Notes: a model not told the origin generated them from the sequence alone. Shown: positions 10,148 through 21,626, counted from the first letter of the stretch. The stretch is 64,000 nucleotides of DNA from an uncultured Chloroflexia bacterium (GCA_963813535.1 CAWEZH010000002.1:928001-992000); one strand, 5' to 3'. Numbers and translations: made by a program.

Positions 10148-11004
10148 GGACCACGCCGGTTCGCGTCGCGACCTGGAACATCCGGGCCGCGATCGGACCG
10201 GGCGAGCCGTTCCCACCGGCGTGGTGGCGACACACCTCGAGCGAGCGGCTCGAGCGGATCGGACGGATCATCCGCAAGCTCGAGGCGGACATCGTGGCGC
10301 TCCAGGAGGTTGCCTTCTTCGACGTCGATGGTGCCGTCGTCGACCAGCCGCTCGAGCTCGCCCGGCTCACCGATCGCGAGGTCCGCTACGGTGCCGTCCA
10401 TGCCTTCGCGCTGGTCGACCCCGAGACGGAGCGGGCGATCGGTAGCGCGACGTGGGGCAATGCCCTGCTGACACGCGCTCCGGTGCGCGACGGCTTCACG
10501 CTCGGCCTGCCCGTCGGTGGCGACGAGGACCTGGTCGAACCCGTGGGTACCGACCTGCCGCTGGCGGGGGTCCGCTTTGCCGACGCGCCGTATGGCACGC
10601 GGGAGCCGCGTTGCGCCGTCGGCGGCACGGTCGGGCCCGCTGGCGGCGAGGTCGCGGTCGTCTCGACCCACCTGGCCTATGCCGGCAGTGGACAGCGAGC
10701 GGCTCAGGCCGCGGCGATCGCCGCCGCGGCCGGGGACCTGGGCGATCCGACGGTCATCCTGGGCGACTTCAACGCGCCGATCGACGCTCCGGAACTGGAG
10801 CCGCTCGGGATGGCGTTCGTGGACGCGTTCGGCGCGATCGGCGTGCCGCCGGGCGATCCGGCCCGCCAGTCGTGCGGTCCCTGGCCCATCGACCACATCT
10901 TCGTGCGTGGCTTCACGGTCGAGGACTGCCAGGTCGTCCGCGCCGCCGGCGACGCGTCGGATCACCTGCCGGTCGTCGCGACCTTACGAGCCGAGGTCGG
11001 CTAG
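10144..11004 (+). CDS. Endonuclease/exonuclease/phosphatase (EEP) family protein; start uncertain
   Basis: Motifs VATWNI, DIVALQEV, THL, ILGDFN, IDHIF and SDHLPV. No canonical start codon lies between the permease stop and the first conserved strand. Confidence 0.8.
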   Translation, partial: VGTTPVRVATWNIRAAIGPGEPFPPAWWRHTSSERLERIGRIIRKLEADIVALQEVAFFDVDGAVVDQPLELARLTDREVRYGAVHAFALVDPETERAIGSATWGNALLTRAPVRDGFTLGLPVGGDEDLVEPVGTDLPLAGVRFADAPYGTREPRCAVGGTVGPAGGEVAVVSTHLAYAGSGQRAAQAAAIAAAAGDLGDPTVILGDFNAPIDAPELEPLGMAFVDAFGAIGVPPGDPARQSCGPWPIDHIFVRGFTVEDCQVVRAAGDASDHLPVVATLRAEVG

Positions 11005-13719
11005 CCGGTCCTCGATACGTGCGACCTGATCCGCGAGCTCGGCCTCCCGGGCACGGGCACCCTCGACGACGTTCGCGGGTGCCTTGCTGGTGAAAGCCTC
11101 GTTCGCGAGACGCTGACGAGCGCCGTCCAGCCAGCCGCGCGCCTCGGCGAGGTCGCGCTCGAGCCGTGCACGCTCGGTTTCGCGGCCCGAGCCATCGGCC
11201 GCGTCCGCACCGCGATGGGCGAGCGCCTCGAGCTCGCCGGCGATGACGGTCAACGCCCCGTCGGTCGGCCCGCTCCCCTGGCCCAGGGCCTCGCGCGACA
11301 GCCGTCGGTCCAGCGGACGAGCGCGGGCCAGTCGTTCGACCGCCGGCCGCAGCGCCTCGAACGTCGGACCCATCGCCGGCGGCACCACGACCTCAGTCGG
11401 CAGCCAGGTGGCGGCCTCGACGCGCGATTCGGCGCGGGCGTTGCGCAGGCCACGGACGAGGTCGAGGATGGCGCCGACCTCCGCCTCGGTCCGCTCGTCG
11501 CGACCCGTCGGAGCGGGCCAGCGGGCGACGATCAGCAGCTCCGGGTCGCTGGCGCGATGCGGCAGGGCCTCCCACAGCGCCTCGGTGACGAACGGCATCA
11601 CCGGATGGAGCAGCCGCAGGTATGTGTCGAGCGCCTCGACCAGCGCCCACCAGCTGGCCTCGCGGGTCTCGACCGACAGCGACTCGTCGGCCAGTCGGAC
11701 CTTGACGAGCTCGACGCCCCAGTCGCAGAACTCGTTCCAGATCGCGTCATACAGGACCCGGGTCACTTCGCCGAAGGCGAAGTCGGCCATGGCCTCATCC
11801 ACGGCCTCGACCGTGGCGCTCGCCCGTGACAGGATCCAGCGCTCGGCCGGGCCGAGGTCGCCAGCCGTCGGCAGGCGCCGCTCCGCGCCGGCATCGATGG
11901 ACGCCGGTCGGGCGCCGACCACGAACCGCGTGGCGTTCCACAGCTTGTTCGCGAAGTTGCGAGCGTTCTCGAGCTTGGTCCGCCCGAAGCGCTGGTCCTG
12001 GCCGGCGGCAGTGCCATGGATCACCGCGAAACGGAGCGCGTCAGCCCCGGTCTCGTCGATCACGCCGAGCGGGTCGACGACGTTGCCCTTCGTCTTCGAC
12101 ATCTTCTGGCCTTCGGGGTCGCGGATCAGCCCCGAGAGGTAGATCGTGTGGAACGGCTCACGATCGGTGAGGTGGAGCCCGAGCATCATCATCCGGGCGA
12201 CCCAGAAGAAGATGATGTCGTAGCCGGTCTCCATGACCGACGTCGGGTAGTACGTCCGATAGTCGGCCGTGTCGTCGGGCCAGCCGAGCGTGGAGAACGG
12301 CCACAGCCCCGAGCTGAACCACGTATCGAAGATGTCGGGATCCTGCGTAAGCTCGCCGGCCGGTCGACCGCAGGTCTCGCAGGCCGCAGGCCCGTCGGGC
12401 TCCGAGGAGACCGTCACATGGCCGTCCGGGCAGTACCACGCCGGGATCCGATGCCCCCACCACAGCTGGCGCGAGACGTTCCAGTCGCGGATCGACGTCA
12501 GCCAGTGCTCCCACGTCTTGTCGAACCGTTCGGGCAGGATGCGCGTCCGACCCGACCGGGTGGCCTCGAGTGCCCGCTCGGCCAATGGCCCCGTCCGGAT
12601 GAACCACTGCGTCTTGAGCCGTGGCTCGAGCACGTCGTTGCTGCGCTGGCAGCGCCCGACGATCATCTCGTGCGGCTTCTGGTCGACCAGGTCGCCGCGG
12701 GCCGCGAGCTCGGCCACGATCAGGTCGCGGGCCTCGTAGCGGTCGAGCCCGTCGAACCTCGTCCCTGTATTCGCGATCGTCGCGTCATCGGCCAGGACCG
12801 TCGGTGCCGGTAACCCGTGCCGCTTGCCCGTCGCGTGGTCCTCCGGGTCGTGCGCCGGGGTGATCTTCACGGCACCGGTCCCGAACGACCGCTCGACCAC
12901 GTCGTCCGCGATGATCGGCACGTCGCGCTCGACGAACGGGATCCTCGCCCGTCGCCCGACCAGGGCGCGATAGCGGTCATCGTCGGGATGGACAGCGACC
13001 GCGACGTCACCGAGGATCGTCTCCGGCCGTGTCGTGGCGACGGCGATGGTCGCGTCGGGATCGGGCTCGCCCGTCGCGTCGTCGATCAGGTGGTACCGCA
13101 CGGACCACAACGTGCCCGTCTCCGGCGTCGGGACGACCTCCAGGTCGCTGACGCTCGTGCGGCACCCGGGACACCAGTTCACCAGCGCCTCGGTGCGATA
13201 CGCGAGGTCGTCGCGATACAACCGCTCGAACGCGACGCGCACCGCCCGAGCGGATCCCTCGTCCATCGTGTAGCGCAGGCGGCCCCAGTCGGCCGAGGCG
13301 CCGACCCGCCGCTGCTGGGCCAGCATGACCGGCCTCGTCGAGTCGGAGAACGCGCGCATCCGCTCGAGATATCGCTCGCGACCGAGCGACTGGCGACTCT
13401 CGCCTTCCTTGGCCAGGATCCCGTCGAGGACGAACTGGGCGGCGATGCTCGCGTGGTCGAGGCCCGGCAGGAACAGCGTCCGATGGCCGCGCATCCGAGC
13501 GTGGCGGACGAGCAGGTCCTCGACGGCGGTCCGCTGGGCGTGCCCGAGATGCAGCGAGCCCGTCACATTGGGGGGCGGCTGGATGATCGTGAACGGCGGG
13601 AGGTCAGGATCGGCCGTCGAGCCGGCGCCATCCGGCGCGAAGACGTCCGCCGCCACCCAGCGCTCGTAGATGGCGCCCTCGACGTCACGCGGGGTATAGG
13701 CCTTCGGCAGATCCGTCAT
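10984..13719 (-). CDS. valS: Valine--tRNA ligase
   Basis: PPPNVTGSLHLGH (HIGH-like), KMSKT and DTWFSSGLWPF motifs, with C-terminal coiled coil. Start placed at ATG 13719. Confidence 0.97.
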   Translation of the reverse strand: MTDLPKAYTPRDVEGAIYERWVAADVFAPDGAGSTADPDLPPFTIIQPPPNVTGSLHLGHAQRTAVEDLLVRHARMRGHRTLFLPGLDHASIAAQFVLDGILAKEGESRQSLGRERYLERMRAFSDSTRPVMLAQQRRVGASADWGRLRYTMDEGSARAVRVAFERLYRDDLAYRTEALVNWCPGCRTSVSDLEVVPTPETGTLWSVRYHLIDDATGEPDPDATIAVATTRPETILGDVAVAVHPDDDRYRALVGRRARIPFVERDVPIIADDVVERSFGTGAVKITPAHDPEDHATGKRHGLPAPTVLADDATIANTGTRFDGLDRYEARDLIVAELAARGDLVDQKPHEMIVGRCQRSNDVLEPRLKTQWFIRTGPLAERALEATRSGRTRILPERFDKTWEHWLTSIRDWNVSRQLWWGHRIPAWYCPDGHVTVSSEPDGPAACETCGRPAGELTQDPDIFDTWFSSGLWPFSTLGWPDDTADYRTYYPTSVMETGYDIIFFWVARMMMLGLHLTDREPFHTIYLSGLIRDPEGQKMSKTKGNVVDPLGVIDETGADALRFAVIHGTAAGQDQRFGRTKLENARNFANKLWNATRFVVGARPASIDAGAERRLPTAGDLGPAERWILSRASATVEAVDEAMADFAFGEVTRVLYDAIWNEFCDWGVELVKVRLADESLSVETREASWWALVEALDTYLRLLHPVMPFVTEALWEALPHRASDPELLIVARWPAPTGRDERTEAEVGAILDLVRGLRNARAESRVEAATWLPTEVVVPPAMGPTFEALRPAVERLARARPLDRRLSREALGQGSGPTDGALTVIAGELEALAHRGADAADGSGRETERARLERDLAEARGWLDGARQRLANEAFTSKAPANVVEGARAREAELADQVARIEDRLADLGS

Positions 13720-13783
13720 CGGCTCGTGGAGAGTCCTGGAACCGAGCCGCAGGTCGCGATCGTCCGAACGAGGATCGAGCGGA

Positions 13784-15094
<1,311 letters not shown>

Positions 15095-15113
15095 GAGTTG
15101 TTGTCCTTGCTCC

Positions 15114-15806
15114 TTATCCCGCCGGATCGCTCTTGGAGCGCTTCGGCTGCGGTGCCTCTTCGGCGTCGCCCGCTTCGACGGCCGCCTCTGCGGCCTTCTC
15201 GTCGTGATGCTGGGCGGTCAGTGAATCCCACTGCTCCGAGTACACCGCGTCGATGATGCCATAGTCTTTCGCGTTCTCGGGAGCCATGAAGAAGTCCCGA
15301 TTGGTGTCCTCGCGCACCTTGTCGACGGGCTGGCCGCTGTGGCGGGCCAGGATCTCGATGTTGCGGTTGACCAGGAATTCCCATTCCTTCATCTGGATCA
15401 TGGCGTCCGGAGCGTTGCCGCGGAACCCGCCGGAACCCTGGTGGATCATGATCCGGCTGTTCGGCAGTGCGTACCTCTTGCCCTTGGTGCCTGCCGCCAG
15501 CAGGACCGCCGCCATCGATGCCGCCATCCCGAGGCAGATCGTGCTGACGGGTGCGCGAAGGTACTGCATCGTGTCGTAGATGGCCAGCCCCGAGTTCACG
15601 ACGCCGCCCGGCGAATTGATGTAGAGGCTGATGTCCTTCTCCGGGTCTTCCGAATCGAGGAACAGCAGCTGAGCGATGACGAGGTTGGCCAGGTGGTCCT
15701 CGATCGCGTCGCCGAGGAAGATGATCCGTTCTCGGAGCAGGCGTGAGTAGATGTCGTAGGCGCGTTCCCCTCGGCTGGAGGACTCGATGACCATCGGGAC
15801 GAGCAT
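15114..15806 (-). CDS. clpP: ATP-dependent Clp protease proteolytic subunit
   Basis: Motifs [19 protein letters not shown] and MIHQ. Confidence 0.98.
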   Translation of the reverse strand: MLVPMVIESSSRGERAYDIYSRLLRERIIFLGDAIEDHLANLVIAQLLFLDSEDPEKDISLYINSPGGVVNSGLAIYDTMQYLRAPVSTICLGMAASMAAVLLAAGTKGKRYALPNSRIMIHQGSGGFRGNAPDAMIQMKEWEFLVNRNIEILARHSGQPVDKVREDTNRDFFMAPENAKDYGIIDAVYSEQWDSLTAQHHDEKAAEAAVEAGDAEEAPQPKRSKSDPAG

Positions 15807-15880
15807 GTGGCGGCTCCTGGAGATGCTTTGCGGCGGGGTGTGGTGGTGACGTGGGTAGCGGTGGTCGCTCGGCTGGCTGT

Positions 15881-17359
15881 TCAGGTCGCGGCGGCCGGCT
15901 CGTCGACCGCCTCGTCGACGTCGTCGACCGTCTCGTCGGCAGTGGCTCGGTCGCCGTCCTCGATGACGGTACCCGGGTCGGTCGCCCCGATCGAGGCATT
16001 CGCCTGGGCGCCCTCACCGGCCATGGCCGCGCCGACGGCATCCTCGAGATGGATGAGCGGTGGGTGCTCGGGGTGGGCGGCGAGCCATCCGTCGATCAGG
16101 CCCTCGACCACGCGACTCCGGCGGAGCGTGCTCCGGATGAAGGACCGGCCGCGGTCGGATTCGAAGTACGAGGCGAGCCGACTGTCACTGGCGTAGCGCT
16201 GGCGACCCTGCGCGACCTCGGCATCGACGTCGGCCTCGGAGACATCGACCCCTTCGGCATCCGCGACCTTCGAGAGCACGAGCAGGGTCTTGGCTCGCTT
16301 CTCCGCATTCGGACGGAAGTCGGCGTGGAGGTCCTCGCTCGTCTTCTCGACCGCCTTGAGGTAGGCCTCCTCGCCGATGCCCTGTCGCGCGAGCGAGCCC
16401 TTGAACTCGTCGTGCATGACTTCGACCTCCTGGTCGACGAGCACTTCGGGCAACTCGACGGTGGCATTCGCGACTGCGTATTCGATGATCTTGTCGGCGA
16501 ACTCGTGCCGGGCGCGGTCGGTGGCATTGGCCTCGAGCCGCGACCGGATGTCCGTCCGCAGGGCGTCGATCGACGCGAAGTCGCCGAGGCTCGCGACGAA
16601 ATCATCGTCGAGGTCGGGCTGGATCTTCTCGCGCAGCTCCTTGAGCTCGACACTGAAATGGGCCGGCTGGCCGGCCATCGACGTCTCCGGGTAGTCCTCC
16701 GGGAACGTGACGTCGAACTCCTTCGTGTCGCCGACCTTGAGACCGATCAGGTTCGACTCGAAGCCAGGGATGAGGCGCTCCTGCCCGAGGATGAGCGGCA
16801 TCCGCTCGGACGTCCCGCCGTCGAACGGCTGGCCGTCCTTGGTGCCCACGTACGAGATGACCGCGTAATCGCCATCCTTGGCACCGCGATCCTCGACTGC
16901 GGCGAGCGTGGCGTTCTGGTCGCGCAGCTCCTCGATGACCTGGTCGATCCGCGCGTCATCGATGGTCTCGATCTCGGGCGCGAAGTTGAAGTCCTTGTAG
17001 TCGCCGAGCGTCACCTCCGGGCGGACCGGGACCGTAGCCTTGAAGATAAGCGGCTTGCCTTCCTCGGCCTGGACGACCTGCACGTCGGCGTTCGACAAGG
17101 GGAGGATGTCCTCCTTGACGAGTGCCTCGCGATAGGCGTCCTGCATCAGGTGGTCGACGGCTTCATCGAGCACGACGCCCGGACCGAGGTGCCGCTCGAG
17201 GACGGGTCGCGGCGCCTTGCCGGGGCGGAAACCGGGGATCCGGCTGCGCCGAGCGAGGGCGCGGACGGCGGCATCGACCGCACGATCGAGCCGCTCGGGT
17301 GGCAGCTCGATCTGGAGCTCGACGGTCGACTTGGGAGCGGTCGAACGAGTGATCTGCAT
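15881..17359 (-). CDS. tig: Trigger factor
   Basis: [10 protein letters not shown] ribosome-binding motif, FKBP domain (LIPGFE) and tig-clpP-clpX synteny. Confidence 0.96.
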   Translation of the reverse strand: MQITRSTAPKSTVELQIELPPERLDRAVDAAVRALARRSRIPGFRPGKAPRPVLERHLGPGVVLDEAVDHLMQDAYREALVKEDILPLSNADVQVVQAEEGKPLIFKATVPVRPEVTLGDYKDFNFAPEIETIDDARIDQVIEELRDQNATLAAVEDRGAKDGDYAVISYVGTKDGQPFDGGTSERMPLILGQERLIPGFESNLIGLKVGDTKEFDVTFPEDYPETSMAGQPAHFSVELKELREKIQPDLDDDFVASLGDFASIDALRTDIRSRLEANATDRARHEFADKIIEYAVANATVELPEVLVDQEVEVMHDEFKGSLARQGIGEEAYLKAVEKTSEDLHADFRPNAEKRAKTLLVLSKVADAEGVDVSEADVDAEVAQGRQRYASDSRLASYFESDRGRSFIRSTLRRSRVVEGLIDGWLAAHPEHPPLIHLEDAVGAAMAGEGAQANASIGATDPGTVIEDGDRATADETVDDVDEAVDEPAAAT

Positions 17360-17527
17360 CGAACGGGAAGTATAGGGCGGCCCTTCGGGACGGGCCGGGG
17401 GGCGGGCGTGGGGCCGCGCCGGACCGGGCCGCGGTTCCGAGCCGGGCCGGGCCACCGTGCCGAGCCGCGCAGTCCATCCGGGCCAGGCCGGACCGCCCAC
17501 CCCGTCCGCGCGAGCCCACCCCGTACG

Positions 17528-17860
17528 CGTTTGGAAAATGACGTGTTGTGTCCGACCGGCGAACCGGCGGAAAACACGTCTTGGCCGGCGTTTGGAACAT
17601 GCCGTGTTACAGATGGCGGCTGAAAGGGCTTCTCAGCCGACGCTCGTAACACGTGATGTTCCATGACGAGGCTCGTTGCCCTGACGAGGCCGACTCGCTG
17701 GGTCCGCATCTGGAACATCCCCATGTTCCGATCAACCGGCGAAGCACCGTGGAAGGCACCAGATCGGCCTCTGGAGTGCCGTTCGGAACCTCCTGGGTGT
17801 TCCAAACGACGGATGAGCCGCCGTTCGCCGGTCAGTCGGAACATCAGGAGGTTCCGTGGG
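17528..17860. repeat. Array of six degenerate palindromes (GGAACAT-N3-5-ATGTTCC) embedded in nested hairpins
   Basis: Copies start at 17533, 17594, 17646, 17712, 17785 and 17838. Long stems include 17784-17795/17845-17856 and 17593-17623/17633-17663. Confidence 0.75.
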
Positions 17861-17907
17861 CCGGCCGATGGCCGTGGCCCGGATCGTGGCACGCAGCCCT
17901 GAGATGG

Positions 17908-17995
17908 TGGTAGGCGAGAGAGGGGTCGAACCTCTACGCCGCTCACGCGGCACCGGCTCCTAAGGCCGGCGCGTCTGCCATTCCGCCACTCGCCC
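17908..17995 (-). tRNA. tRNA-Leu (anticodon TAG)
   Basis: Reads GGGCGAGTGGCGGAATGGCAGACGCGCCGGCCTTAGGAGCCGG...GGTTCGACCCCTCTCTCGCCTACCA, with long variable arm and encoded CCA. A TAGACT -10 box lies just upstream. Confidence 0.96.
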
Positions 17996-18060
17996 GTGCC
18001 GAGAGTCTAGCGGAGGGCGGCCGCGACTCACCGGTGGCACCGCGCCCCGGCTCGGGTTCC

Positions 18061-18741
18061 TCAGACCCCCGTCGGCGCGTCCTTGCCCTTGGCCGGATCC
18101 GCGCCCCTCGCAGTTCCCGCGTCTCCCGCCCGATCGACCTGCCCCGTCTCCGGACTGGCAGCTCGCTCGGCGGCGATCCGTGCCTCGTCGACGCGTGCCG
18201 CGGCGCGCAGCTTGGTTTCCTCGGCTTTCATGCCGGCGGTCGCACGCATCTCCTCGAGCCACGTGCTGTAGCCCTTCTGGCTCGGCGACGCGAGGTACTC
18301 GCCGACGCGACGCGCGACGAGCGTGAGCATCGGGCGGGCCAATCCGACGACCAGGATCGGGAGCAGGTTGGCTCCGCGCTTCTTCTCGGCCTTCTTCACG
18401 TAGTCGGCGAAATCGCGCTCGAGCGTGCCGCGAACGCGCTCGCCGTCGTCACCCATCCGGCGAAGCGTCTTCTCGATCTCGTCGGGAAGCATGCTCTTGG
18501 GCATGGGCTTCCTGCGTCCGAACAGCGTCCTCCTAACGGCGGACCACAGCCGCTGCGGCCCGCGCAAGACCACGAACCCGACGGCTCCGGCCGCGGCCGC
18601 GACCTTGACGGGGCTCTGGCGCACCTTGGCCGGGATGTCGACCGCCGCGCGCGCCGACGCTCCGAGGCCCGTCAGGTCCTCCTGGAGGGCCGCGCGCGCC
18701 GCTAGGACGAGTTCCCGGGCGGCATCTTGCTCTGCAGCCAC
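18061..18741 (-). CDS. Hypothetical protein (possibly DUF3618-like, coiled-coil with short hydrophobic segments)
   Basis: AAGGAG SD before GTG 18741. Only this C-terminal part of the 528-aa ORF is protein-like. Confidence 0.65.
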   Translation of the reverse strand: MAAEQDAARELVLAARAALQEDLTGLGASARAAVDIPAKVRQSPVKVAAAAGAVGFVVLRGPQRLWSAVRRTLFGRRKPMPKSMLPDEIEKTLRRMGDDGERVRGTLERDFADYVKKAEKKRGANLLPILVVGLARPMLTLVARRVGEYLASPSQKGYSTWLEEMRATAGMKAEETKLRAAARVDEARIAAERAASPETGQVDRAGDAGTARGADPAKGKDAPTGV

Positions 18742-19535
18742 TCGAGCGTCTCCTTGCTGGTCTCGATGGTCTGGGACGGGATGAACTTCGCCTTGAGCGC
18801 CTCGACGTCGATGCCCGACCGCGAGACATCGAGCACCATCAGGCCGATCCACGTGAGATAGCCGACCGCGATCCCGATCCCCGCGCCGACTTGCGGTCCG
18901 GCGTCCAGCGCCGAGATGGCCCCGATGACGACACCGATAACGAGACCCGCGACGGCGGCCCCGCCTCCGGCACCGCGGAACGCGGCGATCAGCCCGAGCA
19001 GCAGCCCGAGACCGCCGAGGATGAGCACGCCGACGAGCAGTGGTCGGACGCCGGGCTCGATGCCCGGGAGGGCGGACTCGCCGATCGACGTGTACGCCTG
19101 GTTCGGCAGGCCGAGCGCCATCAATATGCCGACCACGATGCCCACGATCAGCGCGACCGCGAAGGCCCCGACGACGCGGCCACCGCTCACCCCGACCGCG
19201 AGGAGCACGGATGCCACCGCGATCGCGATGAACAGCAGGACGCCGTGGAGGACGCCCCAGCCAAGCGATCCGAGGATCCACTCGCCGAGGAACAGCGATG
19301 TGCCGACGACGGCCAGGATGAGCGCGAACAGGACGAGCGCGATGGCGATCCCGATGAAGGCCGCGACCTTCGCGACCTCGCCGGCGATCGCCGCCGCTTC
19401 GGCCCTGGCGAGATCGATGTGCGCCTTGACCAGCAGCAGGCCCGAATCGCGGACCGCGCGGATCGACGTGCGCAGGCCGGGAGGCGGCGCGGGGCGGGGT
19501 GGCGGTACCGAGCGGGGAGGTGGTTGGGCGTCCAG
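18702..19535 (-). CDS. Membrane protein of YqjE / actinobacterial holin-X-like type; probable CTG start
   Basis: The frame stays open upstream of 19217 through LVKAHIDLARAE and several TM helices. C-terminus reads PSQTIETSKETLEWL. GGAG lies 7 nt before CTG 19535. Extended -10 TGgTATCAT at ~19594-19602. Confidence 0.7.
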   Translation of the reverse strand: MDAQPPPRSVPPPRPAPPPGLRTSIRAVRDSGLLLVKAHIDLARAEAAAIAGEVAKVAAFIGIAIALVLFALILAVVGTSLFLGEWILGSLGWGVLHGVLLFIAIAVASVLLAVGVSGGRVVGAFAVALIVGIVVGILMALGLPNQAYTSIGESALPGIEPGVRPLLVGVLILGGLGLLLGLIAAFRGAGGGAAVAGLVIGVVIGAISALDAGPQVGAGIGIAVGYLTWIGLMVLDVSRSGIDVEALKAKFIPSQTIETSKETLEWLQSKMPPGNSS

Positions 19536-19667
19536 GGTGCTGCTCCAGCTCGAGGGTCGGGGCGGTCACGCGCGAGACCGGCTCGGGTCCGGAATGATAC
19601 CAGCGCACACCTCGCGCCCTGACGCGGTCATGCGCGCGCGGGCTCACGGGACCGTTACGCTGCGGTC

Positions 19668-20897
19668 ATGCCGCCGACACCCGAGCGCCGTCATCTCCGC
19701 ACGGCCGAGCTCCTCAGCATCGGATCGGAGCTGACCGTCGGCGAGACCCGCGACACCAATGCCGGCGAGCTGGCACGAGGGCTCACCCTCGAGGGCGTGA
19801 CCGTCGGCAGGATCGTCGCCCTCCCCGACAGACTCGACATCGTGACCGACGCCTTCACGACCGCCTTCCGGCGGGCAGATCTCGTACTCAGCACGGGCGG
19901 GCTCGGCCCGACACCCGACGATCTCACCCGCGAGTCGATCGCCGCCGCGCTGGGCGAGACGCCGGAGGTCGATCCGAACCTCGAAGCCTGGCTGCGCGGC
20001 CGCTGGGAACGGCGCGGTCTGCCGTTCCCCGAGATCAACCTCAAGCAGGCCTGGCGCATCCCATCGAGTGAGCCGCTCCCGAACCCGAACGGGAGCGCCC
20101 CAGGCTGGTTCGTCAGCCGCCCCGACGGCGGCGTTGCGATCGCGCTGCCGGGGCCGCCGCGCGAGATGCGGCCGATGTGGTCGAACGAAGCGATGCCCCG
20201 TCTGCGAGAACGCGGCCTCGGCACCGACATGTCGGTCCGCACGTTCCGATTGACCGGTATCGGCGAGTCGAGCGTGGCCGAGATCCTGGGTGAGGAGATG
20301 TTGCGCCGCTCCGACCCGGAGGTGGCGACCTACGCCCGGCTCGAGGCCGTCGACGTTCGGGTGAGTGCCAGCGGGACGGACGCGGCCGGCACCACCGCAG
20401 ACGACCGCGTCGAGGGAGCCGCCTCGATCGTCCGGGAACGCCTCGGCGACCACATCTGGGCGGAGGGCGAGACGACCTGGTCGGACGCGGTCGGCGAGCG
20501 CCTGACCGGACTCGGATGGCGGCTGGCGGTCGAGGAGATCGGGACCGGTGGCCAGCTCGTCGCCCTCTTCGGCGACGTCCCATGGCTCGGCCTCGTGCGC
20601 ACGCGACCTGGAGCCGACCGGCCGCCCGATAGCGGTCAGCCGCCCGACGACGACGAGGACGCGGGCGGACTCATCTCTCGTGCGGCGATCGTTCGCGACG
20701 AGGCCGGCGTCGACGTCGGTCTGGCCGTTCGTGTCCGCCCGCGGGGATCCGAGTACGCGGTGAGCGTCGCCATCGTGACCCCCACCGCGGAGCGCCGGCA
20801 GACGCGTGCCACCTACATCGGCGGGGCGATGGGTCTGAGCCAGGCAGCGCTGATCGCCGCCTCGACGCTCTTCCAGGCGCTGGGCGACCGACCCTAG
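19668..20897 (+). CDS. cinA: CinA-like competence/damage-inducible protein
   Basis: Motifs IGSELTVGETRDTN, STGGLGPTPDDLT, NPNGSAPG, LPGPPREM and GIGES. The C-terminal PncC-like part is divergent. Confidence 0.85.
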   Translation: MPPTPERRHLRTAELLSIGSELTVGETRDTNAGELARGLTLEGVTVGRIVALPDRLDIVTDAFTTAFRRADLVLSTGGLGPTPDDLTRESIAAALGETPEVDPNLEAWLRGRWERRGLPFPEINLKQAWRIPSSEPLPNPNGSAPGWFVSRPDGGVAIALPGPPREMRPMWSNEAMPRLRERGLGTDMSVRTFRLTGIGESSVAEILGEEMLRRSDPEVATYARLEAVDVRVSASGTDAAGTTADDRVEGAASIVRERLGDHIWAEGETTWSDAVGERLTGLGWRLAVEEIGTGGQLVALFGDVPWLGLVRTRPGADRPPDSGQPPDDDEDAGGLISRAAIVRDEAGVDVGLAVRVRPRGSEYAVSVAIVTPTAERRQTRATYIGGAMGLSQAALIAASTLFQALGDRP

Positions 20898-21592
20898 CGG
20901 CGCGACGCCGCCGTTAGGCCGTCGATGTCGGTCACCACGATGCCCTCGCGCCCGAGGCGGATGAGGCCATCGTCAGTGAACTGGCCCAGGAGCTTGTTCA
21001 CGCTCTGCCGGGTGCAGCCGACCATCGCGGCCAGGTCGCCCTGGGTCAGGTTCTTGCGGAGTCGGATGCCCCCGTCCGGCTGGACCGTCCCGCCATCGTG
21101 CGCGAGCCGAACGAGTCGGGCCGCAAGCCGGCCGGTGATGTCGAGGAAATGCAGCTCCTCGACATGCGTCGTCAGACGCCGCAGCTCCCCGGCGATCGAC
21201 GCGAGCAGGGCGTCGCGAACACCGGTCTCCGTGGCGATCAGCTCGCGGAAGCGGTCGCGTGGCAGGACGACGGTCTCGGTCGGGGTGACGGCCGTCGCAC
21301 TCGCCGACCGCGGGGCCCCGTCGAGCAGGGCGAGCTCGCCGAAGACGTCGCCGGCGCGCAGGGTCGCCAGGATGGCTTCCTCGCCGGTCTCGGATGGCAA
21401 CGAGATCTTCACGTCGCCGGAGACGATCACGAAGAGCGCGTCACCCGGATCGCCGACATGGAAGATGACCTCGCCGCGTCGGAACCGGCGCGCCCGGACG
21501 GTGCCCGCGAGCCGTTCCAGGGCGGCCTGATCCAAACCCGCGAAGAACGGGATCGCCGCCAAGGCATCGAGGACGGGTCGGCCGACCAGCAT
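20894..21592 (-). CDS. Crp/Fnr family transcriptional regulator
   Basis: cNMP pocket FGELALLDGAPRSA and HTH LTQGDLAAMVGCTRQSVNKLL. Confidence 0.93.
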   Translation of the reverse strand: MLVGRPVLDALAAIPFFAGLDQAALERLAGTVRARRFRRGEVIFHVGDPGDALFVIVSGDVKISLPSETGEEAILATLRAGDVFGELALLDGAPRSASATAVTPTETVVLPRDRFRELIATETGVRDALLASIAGELRRLTTHVEELHFLDITGRLAARLVRLAHDGGTVQPDGGIRLRKNLTQGDLAAMVGCTRQSVNKLLGQFTDDGLIRLGREGIVVTDIDGLTAASRR

Positions 21593-21608
21593 GCGGGCGA
21601 TGGTAACC

Positions 21609-21626
21609 GTGTCGAAATGCCGACAC
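21609..21626. promoter_or_regulatory. Palindromic operator candidate between divergent crp-like and MBL genes
   Basis: GTGTCG-N6-CGACAC lies between two back-to-back TANNNT boxes. Confidence 0.5.

Noticed and set aside
13720-13783. T-box leader for valS
   Set aside because: Only 64 bp separate clpX and valS, and there is no T-box consensus or terminator.
17528-17860. CRISPR array or LexA boxes as the explanation of the palindrome array
   Set aside because: Repeats are short and degenerate, spacers are related or self-complementary, and there are no cas genes. The GAAC-GTTC spacing is 7-9 nt, not the N4 of Gram-positive-type SOS boxes.
17880-17930. Integrative element at the tRNA-Leu 3' end
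   Set aside because: No integrase is present, and I noticed no duplicated tRNA 3' end elsewhere in the window.
17146-17953. ORFs spanning the tRNA-tig intergenic region
   Set aside because: They overlap the tRNA or tig and have no SD or recognisable motifs. The region is better explained as structured non-coding DNA.
18061-19647. 528-aa single ORF, or a prophage lysis gene
   Set aside because: The N-terminal part is an off-frame shadow of the membrane gene. The holin-like family is commonly chromosomal and no phage genes are nearby.
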